From assembly GCA_964391975.1 (NCBI GenBank), contig CAYMNZ010000002.1:12708-76707 (forward strand): a stretch of DNA of 64,000 nucleotides. Reading direction: 5' to 3'. Positions 55,183-64,000 of this stretch are shown here, in pieces. This DNA comes from an uncultured Candidatus Saccharibacteria bacterium. Its GTDB lineage: Bacteria > Patescibacteriota > Minisyncoccia > Phycocordibacterales > Phycocordibacteraceae. The notes beneath the pieces are model-generated. The model made no database searches. It saw only the letters and a list, made by a program, of their open reading frames with translations, and was not told the DNA's origin. Both the position numbers and the translations under genes were made by a program. Within the stretch, counting starts at the first letter, position 1, and every line of letters begins with the position of its first letter.

Positions 55183-55215
55183 AAGGCCCGCTTATCGCGG
55201 GCCTTTTGCTTTTTG
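55183..55215 (+). terminator. rho-independent terminator
   Basis: AAGGCCCGCttatcGCGGGCCTTttgctttttg. Confidence 0.7.
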
Positions 55216-55231
55216 TGATAGCATTCTCCCA

Positions 55232-57307
55232 ATGCCTCGTAAGAAGCGCACCCACCCCATCACCCGAAGACTCTTTGTCTTTGCTGGCGTTCTCTTCTGT
55301 ATTGCAGGCGCAGGCCTGATTCTCATGGCACTCACACCAGTGCCTGATCTCGATTCCCTTTCCTACCGCAAGGTGACGCAGTCGACCAAGATTTATGACC
55401 GCACCGGCGACACTGTTCTCTACGACCTCAACACCGATGTGCGCCGCAACATTGTTCCGCTCTCGGCAATCTCCGAGAACATACGCAATGCCTCCATTGC
55501 TATTGAAGACGATACCTTCTACCAGCACATGGGTGTGCGTCCTATTTCCTTCCTGCGCGCGGTGTTGGTGAACCTTACGACTGGGTCTTTCAGCCAAGGA
55601 GGCTCAACCATCACCCAACAGGTAGTGAAGATGACACTGCTCACCGGTGAGAAAACCATCATCCGAAAGGTGCATGAGTGGGTGCTCGCATTGAAGTTGG
55701 AGCAGCGCTTCACCAAGGATGAGATTCTTGAGCTCTACCTCAACAACACTCCTTATGGCGGCACGCTCTACGGTGTTGAGGCGGCGTCCCGCGCCTTCTT
55801 CGGGAAGAGCGCAAGGGACATCACTATTGGCGAAGCAGCGTATCTTGCCGCGCTTCCACAGTCCCCTACTCGCTATTCTCCCTACGGCAACCACCGTGAT
55901 GAGCTTGATGCCCGCAAGAACCTCGTGCTTGAGCGCATGAAGAAGGTTGGGTTCCTCACTGATGAGCAGTACGCGGCAGCGAAGGCAGAGGTTGTTACCT
56001 TTAGCGGGCAGCCGAACTCTTCGATTATCGCGCCGCACTTTGTCTTCTATGTGCGTGAGTATCTTGAGGAGAAATACGGACCGGAAGTAGTCGAGGAAGG
56101 GCTTACGGTCATCACCTCAATTGATGCCGAGATGCAGCACGAGGCTGAGGCGATTGTCTCTGAGTACGGAGCGGCCAACGTCGAGAAGTTCAATGCCAAT
56201 AACGCCGCGCTTGTCGCGATCGACCCTAAGACCGGCGAGATTCTTTCTATGGTGGGTTCACGCGATTACTTCAACGAAGAAATTGATGGTAGCTACAACT
56301 CAGTGACCGCAAACCGCCAGCCAGGTTCTTCCTTCAAACCGTTTGTGTACGCAGCTGCACTCCTCAAGGGCTTCACGCCACAAACTATTATCTTTGACCT
56401 CCCTACCCAGTTCTCTACCTCCTGTAGTGCAGCCGACAACTTTAATGCCGCATACCCGTGCTACGCACCAGGTAACTTCGACAACAACTTCCGAGGCCCG
56501 ATGACCTTCACAACGGCACTCGCTCAGTCGATTAACATCCCGGCAGTGAAGACCATTTATCTAGCGGGGGTTAATAACACCATCGCGCTTGCAAGCCAGA
56601 TGGGCATTAGCACCCTTACGAACGCCGACCAGTACGGCCTCTCGCTTGCTCTTGGTGCCGGAGAAGTGAAGCTGCTTGAGCTTACGAGCGCCTTTGGTGT
56701 CTTCGCCAATGACGGCGTACGTGTGCCTCCTGTGGCCGTCCTTAAGGTCACTGACATGAAGGGCACGGTGCTTGAAGAATACGAGGCGCACCCAGAGCCT
56801 GTGCTCGATTCAGGGGTAGCTCGCGACATCTCCTCAATGCTTTCCAATAACCAGGCGCGCATTCCTTCCTATCGTCCGGACAACCCGTTCAACATCCCAG
56901 GCTATGACGTTGCTGCTAAGACTGGTACCACCAACGAGTACCGCGACACGTGGACTGTGGGCTACACTCCTTCCCTTGCGGTTGGTGTCTGGGCCGGCAA
57001 CAACGACAACACCCCGATGGTGCATGAGACCGCAGGCTACGTGGTTGCTCCTATGTGGAGGGCGTTCATGGATGTCGCACTTCCAAAGCGCCCCAAAGAA
57101 TTCTTTGGTGAGCCGCGTGGTATTCCAGAGAACGCTCCGCCTGCACTCCGCGGTGTGTTCATTGGCGACGAAGGCATCCACGACATTCTCTACTGGGTAG
57201 ATAAGGACAATCCACTAGGCGGGGGTAGCTCGAGGAGAGACGCACAGAACGCGCACTGGGAGTATCCGATTCAGGCGCTGAATGCGAGTGGGTTTACGGG
57301 GCAGTAA
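55232..57307 (+). CDS. mrcA: class A penicillin-binding protein (PBP1A, transglycosylase plus transpeptidase)
   Basis: 691 aa. The N-terminal TM anchor is followed by GT51 motifs (EDDTFYQHMGV, GGSTITQQVVK) and transpeptidase motifs (SSFKPFVY, SxN, KTGTTN). Confidence 0.9.
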   Translation: MPRKKRTHPITRRLFVFAGVLFCIAGAGLILMALTPVPDLDSLSYRKVTQSTKIYDRTGDTVLYDLNTDVRRNIVPLSAISENIRNASIAIEDDTFYQHMGVRPISFLRAVLVNLTTGSFSQGGSTITQQVVKMTLLTGEKTIIRKVHEWVLALKLEQRFTKDEILELYLNNTPYGGTLYGVEAASRAFFGKSARDITIGEAAYLAALPQSPTRYSPYGNHRDELDARKNLVLERMKKVGFLTDEQYAAAKAEVVTFSGQPNSSIIAPHFVFYVREYLEEKYGPEVVEEGLTVITSIDAEMQHEAEAIVSEYGAANVEKFNANNAALVAIDPKTGEILSMVGSRDYFNEEIDGSYNSVTANRQPGSSFKPFVYAAALLKGFTPQTIIFDLPTQFSTSCSAADNFNAAYPCYAPGNFDNNFRGPMTFTTALAQSINIPAVKTIYLAGVNNTIALASQMGISTLTNADQYGLSLALGAGEVKLLELTSAFGVFANDGVRVPPVAVLKVTDMKGTVLEEYEAHPEPVLDSGVARDISSMLSNNQARIPSYRPDNPFNIPGYDVAAKTGTTNEYRDTWTVGYTPSLAVGVWAGNNDNTPMVHETAGYVVAPMWRAFMDVALPKRPKEFFGEPRGIPENAPPALRGVFIGDEGIHDILYWVDKDNPLGGGSSRRDAQNAHWEYPIQALNASGFTGQ

Positions 57308-57348
57308 GCTCGTATTCTTTCGACCGCACTGCCGGGTGTGGTGCCGGG

Positions 57349-58047
57349 TTAGTTTTTATTTCGCACGATAAACGAAAGAGGCTCCTCCCATCCATACCCA
57401 GAATTTTCCCACGCCTTGGCTTGCGATTTCTGCGGGTCGTTAATGGCCATCATGCGCGTCCCTTTGTGAAAACCTAGTTCGCGTATTATCTCTCCAATTT
57501 GCTGAGAGGTAGCAAGCCCACCAAAGTGAGCCTGAATGAAGGGGGCGTTTGGTTTAAGAGTGCGCGCAACTTCTTGAAAAAAATCCCGAATATTCTTGAA
57601 GTAGAAATCTACGCTGTCGTGTGAGCCGAAGACGTGTGCATTTATAAAGTTTGACGAAATTATGCCGTCGAGTGAGTGGTCGGCAAACGGGAGACGAAAC
57701 GCGTCGGCCACCACGCCATCCTTCCCATCGGCAGTTGTTTTTCTAACCGCACTTTCAGACGCATCAAGGCACACAGGAGTTACCCCAAGTTCCACCATTG
57801 CATCGTGTAGGCGTGATCCGACGCCCGAACCTATATCAACCACTACCCCTTCACGCATGGCCGCCAAGTCCTCACCAAGAGCGGCGCTGATTTGCATGCG
57901 GTAGTCTTCCTGTGAAAGAGGTTCGTATTGACTAAACGCTAGGTACGGAGCGACAGACGGATCCTCCGCCCCAGACATATTCTGCTGCCATTCTTTTGTT
58001 TTTTCCTCTCGATACTTTTTCCATCCCTCGTTCTCAGCTTCACTCAT
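57349..58047 (-). CDS. class I SAM-dependent methyltransferase
   Basis: 232 aa. Motif I is VVDIGSGVGSRL. Confidence 0.65.
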   Translation of the reverse strand: MSEAENEGWKKYREEKTKEWQQNMSGAEDPSVAPYLAFSQYEPLSQEDYRMQISAALGEDLAAMREGVVVDIGSGVGSRLHDAMVELGVTPVCLDASESAVRKTTADGKDGVVADAFRLPFADHSLDGIISSNFINAHVFGSHDSVDFYFKNIRDFFQEVARTLKPNAPFIQAHFGGLATSQQIGEIIRELGFHKGTRMMAINDPQKSQAKAWENSGYGWEEPLSFIVRNKN

Positions 58048-58058
58048 ACCTAGACCAG

Positions 58059-59159
58059 TTACTGATTCATCGGCATCACCAAATACAGGAAGCTCGTGTC
58101 CCCTACTCCCTTGATGATTAGCGGCCTGCCTATGCCTCCTGCGGATAGCGTAATGCTCTCAGAGGTAATAAGAGGTAGCGGGGTGTGTAGGTAACGGTGG
58201 TTGAAGGAGAGCTCAAGAGACTCGCCAGAAAAGGCCGCAGTTATTGGCTCTACGGACTCCCCCACATCTGCATTGTGTGCCGAAAGGGCCAGCTTCTTTC
58301 CTGTTACATCAAAGCTCAGGCGAACCTTCTGGAAGGAGTCAGAGAAGACAGCAGTGCGACGAAGCGCTCCTTCAAAGTCCTTACGAAGCAGTGTCGCCTC
58401 AACCGAGAAGGACTTTGGAATAATCTGCGTGTAGTCAGGGTAGCTTGCTGAAACGAGACGCGTTGTGATGGTGCTCTTTGCCCATAGAACGGCGCACTGG
58501 TGCTCACCCACACGCACCTCAACCTCATCATCAGGAATCGTCTGCGCAAGGTCGAGTGCGTTCTTTGCAGGAATCAGTATGGAGAAGTTCCCAATCTTTC
58601 CCTTCACCGACATCTTCTTCTCTGCAAGACGGAAGGAATCAGTTGCGACCGCCTTCACCATCCCTCCTTCAGAAGAGATAAGAACAGAGGCGAGTTCAGG
58701 ACGAATGGTAGAGGTGGACGCACACGGAGCGACAGTGCTTATAAGTGCCTTTAATGCAGCACCAGCGATGGTAAACGTCGTCTTAGGGTTCTCTGGGAGA
58801 GGAAGGGTTGGGAAATCCTCAAACGGAAGCGTTTTCATAGTGCTCTTGGCGGAACCAGAGCTTATAACAGCAGTATCTCCACTGTGCTCAATAATCACCT
58901 GACCCTCCCCAGAGAAGGAGGAGGAAATCTCACGAAGAATGGTCGACGGAAGAACAATGGCGCCCGGATTCTTAATCGTTCCTTCGATGTGAATATCTAC
59001 TCCCGTCTCAAGATTGGTGGCACGAACTTTAATTCCATCGTCCCCTGCAACAATTGCGATTCCAGAAAGTGCAGGAACTGTTGCTGAACGTCTGTCAGCA
59101 AACCGAGATACCATCCCCACTACCTCTGCGAATTCTTTTTTATTTAAAATAATTACCAT
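58059..59159 (-). CDS. dnaN: DNA polymerase III beta subunit (sliding clamp)
   Basis: 366 aa with a three-domain clamp architecture. It lies downstream of dnaA. Confidence 0.9.
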   Translation of the reverse strand: MVIILNKKEFAEVVGMVSRFADRRSATVPALSGIAIVAGDDGIKVRATNLETGVDIHIEGTIKNPGAIVLPSTILREISSSFSGEGQVIIEHSGDTAVISSGSAKSTMKTLPFEDFPTLPLPENPKTTFTIAGAALKALISTVAPCASTSTIRPELASVLISSEGGMVKAVATDSFRLAEKKMSVKGKIGNFSILIPAKNALDLAQTIPDDEVEVRVGEHQCAVLWAKSTITTRLVSASYPDYTQIIPKSFSVEATLLRKDFEGALRRTAVFSDSFQKVRLSFDVTGKKLALSAHNADVGESVEPITAAFSGESLELSFNHRYLHTPLPLITSESITLSAGGIGRPLIIKGVGDTSFLYLVMPMNQ

Positions 59160-59369
59160 ACCTTCTTATTAGTCCTGTTGATACGTGGAAAACGATAGTC
59201 AGCCAGTAAGTACGACGTGTTACTGCAATCGATAGACTGAGAAGGTGTGGAGAACTGCGCGGAACACGCGGATACTGTACGAGAATTCTTGCGGCGAACG
59301 ACACGAACGCGAGTCCTTCCTCCTCTTACCCACATGACTATCTGAGAGTTATCCATAGCCTATACACAA
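59160..59369. promoter_or_regulatory. dnaA-dnaN intergenic region with DnaA-box-like 9-mers (candidate oriC/DnaA regulatory region)
   Basis: TTATCCATA (~59345) and TTACCCACA (~59325) are each 1 mismatch from TTATCCACA. TGTGGAGAA matches in reverse orientation. An AT-rich stretch lies at ~59125-59165. Confidence 0.4.
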
Positions 59370-60725
59370 CTATACCAACAGCCCACGAATATCCTGAATC
59401 TCTTTTGCAAGCTCAGTGTCGTCCACAATCTCCCTCTTCACCTTCTCACAGGAGTGGATGACGGTAGTGTGGTCGCGCCCACCAAGCTTACTTCCGATGG
59501 TTGGGTAGGACACAGAGAAGTCCTCACGAAGGAGGTACATGATGACCTGGCGCGGCCTCACTACCTCCCTACGGCGGGTCTTCTCATAGATAGACTCTTC
59601 ATCTATGCCGTAGAACTCAGCCACCTTGGAGACCACGTGTTTGACTGAAACCGTCTTAGTAGGCCGTGAAAAGGCCCTTAGAGACTGCCTGACCTCAGCC
59701 AAATCTGGAGGAACTCCCTTCACTTGGGTGTGGCAAACCACACTGTTAATAACCCCCTCAAGCTCCCTGATAGAGCCCGAGACTGAGGTGGCCACGTACT
59801 CAATGACGTCCTCGCTCAAGGTGACCCCGTGAGAGGCCGCCTTGCGGCGCACAATGGCCATACGGCTCTCCGTGTCCGGTTCCCCGATGTCTACTGTCAT
59901 ACCGCTTGAGAGGCGGCCGCGCACGCGGTCTGCGATGTCAGGAATAGCCTGGGGAGAGCGGTCGGAGGAGAAGATAATCTGGCGGTTGTTGTCATGGAGC
60001 GCATTGAAGAGGTGGAAAAGCTCCTCCTGCGTCTTCTCTTTCTTCGCCAAGAACTGCACGTCGTCCATGATGAGCAAATCGTACTGACGATACTTCTCCT
60101 TGAAGCGGTTAGCGTTACCTGCCTGAATAGAGTCGGTGTAATCCACCGCAAAACGCTCCGAGGTTAGGTAAAACACTTTGCGCGTTGGGTACAACTTCTT
60201 GTAGTGGTTCCCTATTGCTTGGATGAGGTGCGTCTTTCCGCGTCCGGTATCACCGTAGATAAACAAAGGATTGTACGTAATGCCCGGGCGATTGAGCACC
60301 GCTTGCGCAGCGGAGTACGCGAGTTCGTTAAAGGAACCAATCACGAAGGTTTCGAAGGTATATTTCGGGTTTAAGTTGTCGCTCTTGTTGATGTAGAACT
60401 CATCAAGGGGCATTTCAATGGAAGGCTCCCTTCTCTTTTGCTCTCGTGGCTTACGGGACGCGTCCTTCACAATCATGTATTCGATATTCCGGAACTCGTA
60501 GGAGACCCCGCGGATGATTTTAAGGAGCAGCGGGTGGAACTTCTTCAGGTACCAGTCCCTAAAGAACTGGCTCGGCACACCGATGTACACAATTCCGTCC
60601 TCAATCTTTACAATTGAGCTCTCGCGGAACCAGGTATTAAAGTTTGCTGGAGAAATTGAAAGCTCGACCTGCGACAACACATGTTCCCAAAGTTCGCGAG
60701 GATCTGACTTATTCATCGTTGGCAC
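59370..60725 (-). CDS. dnaA: chromosomal replication initiator protein DnaA
   Basis: 451 aa. AAA+ Walker A ([10 protein letters not shown]) and the C-terminal DnaA-box-binding HTH ([14 protein letters not shown]...) are present. Confidence 0.95.
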   Translation of the reverse strand: MPTMNKSDPRELWEHVLSQVELSISPANFNTWFRESSIVKIEDGIVYIGVPSQFFRDWYLKKFHPLLLKIIRGVSYEFRNIEYMIVKDASRKPREQKRREPSIEMPLDEFYINKSDNLNPKYTFETFVIGSFNELAYSAAQAVLNRPGITYNPLFIYGDTGRGKTHLIQAIGNHYKKLYPTRKVFYLTSERFAVDYTDSIQAGNANRFKEKYRQYDLLIMDDVQFLAKKEKTQEELFHLFNALHDNNRQIIFSSDRSPQAIPDIADRVRGRLSSGMTVDIGEPDTESRMAIVRRKAASHGVTLSEDVIEYVATSVSGSIRELEGVINSVVCHTQVKGVPPDLAEVRQSLRAFSRPTKTVSVKHVVSKVAEFYGIDEESIYEKTRRREVVRPRQVIMYLLREDFSVSYPTIGSKLGGRDHTTVIHSCEKVKREIVDDTELAKEIQDIRGLLV

Positions 60726-60823
60726 AGTATACGCGTGAACGTCGTCTCGTGAAGCCTCCCCTTTTGTTGCAGGCCGCTGGGGAAACTGTTAGTATCCTGT
60801 GGACATCACTACAACACACGAAC

Positions 60824-60967
60824 ATGCCTAAACGAACGTACCAGCCGAAGAAAAGGAAGCGCGCAAAGACCCACGGGTTCCGCGCCAGGGCCGCAACCCC
60901 AGGTGGAAAGCGCGTTGTTGCTCGCCGCCGCCGCAAGGGCCGCGTCTCCCTCTCGACCTCTAAGTAG
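60824..60967 (+). CDS. rpmH: 50S ribosomal protein L34
   Basis: 47 aa. [40 protein letters not shown] is the L34 signature. Confidence 0.9.
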   Translation: MPKRTYQPKKRKRAKTHGFRARAATPGGKRVVARRRRKGRVSLSTSK

Positions 60968-60968
60968 C

Positions 60969-61289
60969 ATGCTGCCGCGCCGCCTGCGTCTTACCCGGCG
61001 GACCTTCCCTGTCGCCGCTGGCGCCAGGGCCTCAAGCACCCATTTCTCCCTCTCCCTAGGGCCTGCCGCCCCAGGACACGGCGGCTGTGCCGTTGTGGTC
61101 TCCAAGAAGGTCGCCCGCCTCTCAGTGGCCCGCCACCTCCTCAAGCGCCGGATGCTTGCCGCTATGCGCCCCTGGTGCAATGCGGACCAGTCCTTGGTCG
61201 CCTACGCCCGCTCAGGAGCCCAGCTCCTTCCTTATAAGGAGCTCGCAAGTGAGTTATCCGCCCTTCTCACCAAGACGCTTCGCGCGTAG
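60969..61289 (+). CDS. rnpA: ribonuclease P protein component
   Basis: 106 aa from the ATG at 60969. MLPRRLRLTRRTF...VVVSKKVARLSVARHLLKRRM is basic and RnpA-like. The rpmH-rnpA-yidC order is conserved. Confidence 0.8.
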   Translation: MLPRRLRLTRRTFPVAAGARASSTHFSLSLGPAAPGHGGCAVVVSKKVARLSVARHLLKRRMLAAMRPWCNADQSLVAYARSGAQLLPYKELASELSALLTKTLRA

Positions 61290-61298
61290 TATGCCCGT

Positions 61299-62048
61299 AT
61301 GATTGAATTCTTCCACGAGTGGCTCTACGTTCCTATCTATAACCTCCTCATTTGGCTTGTAGGGGTGCTCCCTAACGGCGACGGAGGGCTCGCGGTTATC
61401 GTCGTCACACTTATCGTGAAGGTGGTCACCCTCCCATTCACGATTGCCGCCATCAAGACGCAGAAGGCGATGAAGGCGATGGAGCCGGAGCTTAAAAAGC
61501 TCAAGGACCTCTACGCTGACGACAAAGAGCGCCAGGCAAAAGAAATGTTTGCGCTCTACAAGAAGTACAACGTGAAGCCATTCGCGAGCTTCCTCGCGCT
61601 TCTCATCCAGATTCCGGTACTCATCTCCCTCTACCTCGTGTTCCAGCAGCACGCCCTCTCGCAGGTGGATGTTCCGCTCCTCTACTCATACATTCCTGTT
61701 CCGGAGACCGTCTCCATTCTCTTCCTTGGCATCTTCCCTATTGTTGGCGCAAGTCTCGTGCTCGCTATTCTTGCAGCAGCAACGCAGTTCGCTCACGCGA
61801 TGGTCGCCATTCCAGTGCCGCCAAAGAACACCTCTTCGGCTCCCGCCTCTATGCAGGAGGAGTTTGGTCGCGCCATGGCACTCCAGGCCCGCTTCGCCCT
61901 CCCTTTGATTATTGGTCTCGTTGCTTTCTCTTCAGGCGCCATCGCCCTCTACTTCATCACGAGCAACGTCTTTACGTTCCTGCAGGAGATACTTATCGCG
62001 CGTAGGATGCGCGCTACACCGCTCGTCGTAAAAGAGGCCGCGGACTAA
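61299..62048 (+). CDS. yidC: membrane protein insertase YidC (short Oxa1-like form)
   Basis: 249 aa, multi-TM. Its position after rnpA and its profile are compatible with YidC. Confidence 0.8.
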   Translation: MIEFFHEWLYVPIYNLLIWLVGVLPNGDGGLAVIVVTLIVKVVTLPFTIAAIKTQKAMKAMEPELKKLKDLYADDKERQAKEMFALYKKYNVKPFASFLALLIQIPVLISLYLVFQQHALSQVDVPLLYSYIPVPETVSILFLGIFPIVGASLVLAILAAATQFAHAMVAIPVPPKNTSSAPASMQEEFGRAMALQARFALPLIIGLVAFSSGAIALYFITSNVFTFLQEILIARRMRATPLVVKEAAD

Positions 62049-63289
62049 AGGTCGTACACCCAGAGGGAGCCGTCCTTCTTGTTGGTGAACACAAGGACGT
62101 CGTTCGTAGGGTCAGGCGTAAGCGAGACGGCATCAATATCGATGCGTCCGACCTCAGTAGGATCAAGAAGAAGCGTTGCCGAACGATCTGCAATGCTTAC
62201 CTGCCAGATGCGGTCAGAGAACGAAACGACACCGCGGTACCAGTCATCTGGAAGTGTTCCGTCGAGGGTCTTTGGAACCGCACAGTACGCAAGTGCGCCA
62301 GAGGAAGAGAAGGTGCACTTCTCAGCAAGTGTCGAAATAGGAAGTGGTACGGGCGTGTGCGTTGCCGTGTCCATAAGGGTGGTCCTGACTGCGCCATTGG
62401 TTGCGTATGAATAGAGCACTTCAGCTCCTGTTTGATTTCCAATAACTGAGAGACCCGCAAGTGGTCCGAGAAGACGGGTCCAGGTTCCAGCACTCGAGAC
62501 GGAGAACGAGTACCCTGAAAGTCCCACGGAGGGCTTGGTCGAGACGAGGTACCCTCGCCCAAAGAAGGAGCTGACGATTGAAGAGAGTGTCGTTGTGAAT
62601 GCGGTTTTTGGTGCGGAGCCGTCTGCGCTCGCGATGGTGCCAATGGCTCCGTTGGTATCAGACTGAAGTGTCAAAAGCCCGGTGGTGCTTGTTGCTGCCA
62701 CGTCCATCAAATCCTGCTCAAGGAAGAATCCTCCCTCCCCCTCTGCTGGAAGCGCATAGGTTTCCATGTGCACCCCGGAATCCTCCGACAAGAAGCGCAG
62801 GTACGTTTGAGAACCATCGGAAAGCCACACTGCTTCGCGTACTCCGGGAATCGTCTGGTTTGAAATGCGCGTAAGGGTGCGTGCGTGGACTCGGTAGGCG
62901 TAGAGGTTACCGCTCTGCCGCTCGACGAAGCGCACCTCGATGTCTGGCGGGATGGCAGGGATGATGACGCCCTCGGTCGTCGTTGCTGCGGGCACTTCAG
63001 GTATATAGAGGGCCGCAACTCCGTAGGCGACGGGAGCGGCGGTGATGCGCACGAGACGGGGACCAACTTGAACGCCAGCGTCGCCAGAGAACTCAATACC
63101 TCCATCAAGAACGCTCGGCGCCCCACCTCCGGGGAAGTCGCCGGAGCCGGCTCCACCAAACGGATCACCATCAACGACGCCCGGAGGTGTGACAGTGCGG
63201 AAGAAGACGAAGTACACCGCAACCAAGATAATAATCACTGCGATGACGCTGCCGAGGATGATGGGGAGTCTTTTTCGAAGGAAGTCCAT
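62045..63289 (-). CDS. hypothetical membrane-anchored protein with predicted beta-propeller-like C-terminal region
   Basis: 414 aa. An N-terminal TM anchor and a Gly-rich linker are followed by a long beta-rich region ending DGSLWVYDL. Confidence 0.5.
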   Translation of the reverse strand: MDFLRKRLPIILGSVIAVIIILVAVYFVFFRTVTPPGVVDGDPFGGAGSGDFPGGGAPSVLDGGIEFSGDAGVQVGPRLVRITAAPVAYGVAALYIPEVPAATTTEGVIIPAIPPDIEVRFVERQSGNLYAYRVHARTLTRISNQTIPGVREAVWLSDGSQTYLRFLSEDSGVHMETYALPAEGEGGFFLEQDLMDVAATSTTGLLTLQSDTNGAIGTIASADGSAPKTAFTTTLSSIVSSFFGRGYLVSTKPSVGLSGYSFSVSSAGTWTRLLGPLAGLSVIGNQTGAEVLYSYATNGAVRTTLMDTATHTPVPLPISTLAEKCTFSSSGALAYCAVPKTLDGTLPDDWYRGVVSFSDRIWQVSIADRSATLLLDPTEVGRIDIDAVSLTPDPTNDVLVFTNKKDGSLWVYDL

Positions 63290-63292
63290 GGT

Positions 63293-63955
63293 TTAGACGC
63301 TACTTGGTACGCACTCGACTGAGCTAACGCTAATTTGCGAGTCTGCTGCCGCCGCTACATTCGTACGGAATGCGCTACACGCAGTTGACGGCGTCTCGCA
63401 CACTATTGACCCGGTCGCCCAGTTACGTACGCGCGCGGGGGTTACATCAGCAACGCAGGCCGCGCTCGTGGCGGAGACGTGGATGAAGCTGCCACTGCGG
63501 ACCAGCTTGTGAGTCTCTTCTCCCATGGTCACCATGACCGACTGGAAGCGGTGTTGTGTTGGGGAAATGTTGCTTGGACGACAGTCGCAGAAGTACCGCA
63601 CGTTCCCTTGTTCGTTTGGCACCACCGTCGCGGCGCAATGGATGTTGCCTGGTCCTGAACGCACCTTCTCCGAGCAGGCGGAGGTGCATGTTGAGAGTGA
63701 CGGATCGGTAGAGTTCCAGGTAAAGGCGCCGTTCGGCAACTCACCGTTCGTGAACTGTGTCACCGTCTCCATACTCTCAGGGTCTGCTTGAAGGTAGGAG
63801 CATACGCCGGTAGCCTCAGTCCCTCCCGTGACAGGAGATCCTGTCCCCGTTGGCGCGAGCGAGCCGAAGTTTATCTGGAGATTCAGAATCCGCTTGTCGA
63901 TGAGTCCGAAGACAATGACTGGGGAGAGAACGAGGAGGAGCCCCACCACCGACAT
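63293..63955 (-). CDS. hypothetical Cys-rich secreted/membrane protein (may extend beyond window end)
   Basis: 220 aa from the Met at 63955. A TM/signal segment and about 12 Cys are present. The frame remains open upstream to nt 64000, so the true start may lie outside the window. Confidence 0.4.
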   Translation of the reverse strand: MSVVGLLLVLSPVIVFGLIDKRILNLQINFGSLAPTGTGSPVTGGTEATGVCSYLQADPESMETVTQFTNGELPNGAFTWNSTDPSLSTCTSACSEKVRSGPGNIHCAATVVPNEQGNVRYFCDCRPSNISPTQHRFQSVMVTMGEETHKLVRSGSFIHVSATSAACVADVTPARVRNWATGSIVCETPSTACSAFRTNVAAAADSQISVSSVECVPSSV

Positions 63956-64000
63956 CAGGATGAGGCCGCGCGCCTCCTTCTTCTCAGTGATGCTGTCTCC

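Noticed and set aside
1-64000. Search for CRISPR arrays, transposases, integrases, phage genes or rRNA.
   Set aside because: I saw no direct-repeat/spacer periodicity, no DDE-transposase or tyrosine/serine-recombinase motifs, no capsid/terminase-like ORFs and no rRNA-like conserved stretches. The tRNA-flanked segments lack an integrase, so I did not call them mobile elements.

Overview
The window is a gene-dense (about 90% coding) stretch of bacterial chromosome, roughly 55-60% GC, and is almost entirely housekeeping. I found no mobile elements, no CRISPR array and no rRNA.

Main content:
- Six aminoacyl-tRNA synthetases and partners: short-form MetRS, a free Trbp111 tRNA-binding domain, GlyRS, IleRS, ArgRS.
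- Ribosomal protein operons: rpsF-ssb-rpsR, secE-nusG-rplK, rplS, rpsT, rpmH-rnpA-yidC.
- A complete thymidylate and folate cluster: tmk divergent from thyA-X-dcd-MTHFS-folA.
- Replication and repair genes: polA, holA, dnaN, dnaA, ruvA, ruvB, ruvC, ruvX, yebC, recO, ssb.
- The dnaA/dnaN/rpmH origin neighbourhood with DnaA-box-like motifs.
- A type IV pilus module: pilM-pilN-pilO plus a small membrane protein, and a separate PilB ATPase.
- Cell-wall genes (PBP1A, Mur ligase, UppS) and several membrane transporters or channels (AI-2E, ZIP, MscL, Kv-type K+ channel).
- Nine tRNA genes.

The tight packing with frequent 4-nt overlaps, short-form enzymes and ribosomal-protein tails are compatible with a small-genome lineage such as Patescibacteria/CPR. 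That is inference, not proven.

Most unusual observations:
1. The isoleucyl-tRNA synthetase carries a complete histidine-phosphatase (PGAM-like) domain of about 190 aa with apparently intact catalytic motifs, inserted between the DWxISRxR element and the downstream DCW(V/F)ESGSMP element of the catalytic core.
2. A three-gene operon encodes a second histidine phosphatase plus two small P-loop kinases or ATPases.
3. A small islet bounded by two paralogous tRNA-Arg genes encodes a TrmB-type regulator and a nucleotidyltransferase-fold protein.
4. An uncharacterised 241-aa protein is translationally coupled to thyA inside the thymidylate/folate cluster.
5. A low-GC orphan gene sits between the AI-2E transporter and glyQS.

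One printed sequence row (20041-20100) appears offset by 2 nt relative to the ORF track. I took coordinates from the ORF track wherever a check was possible.
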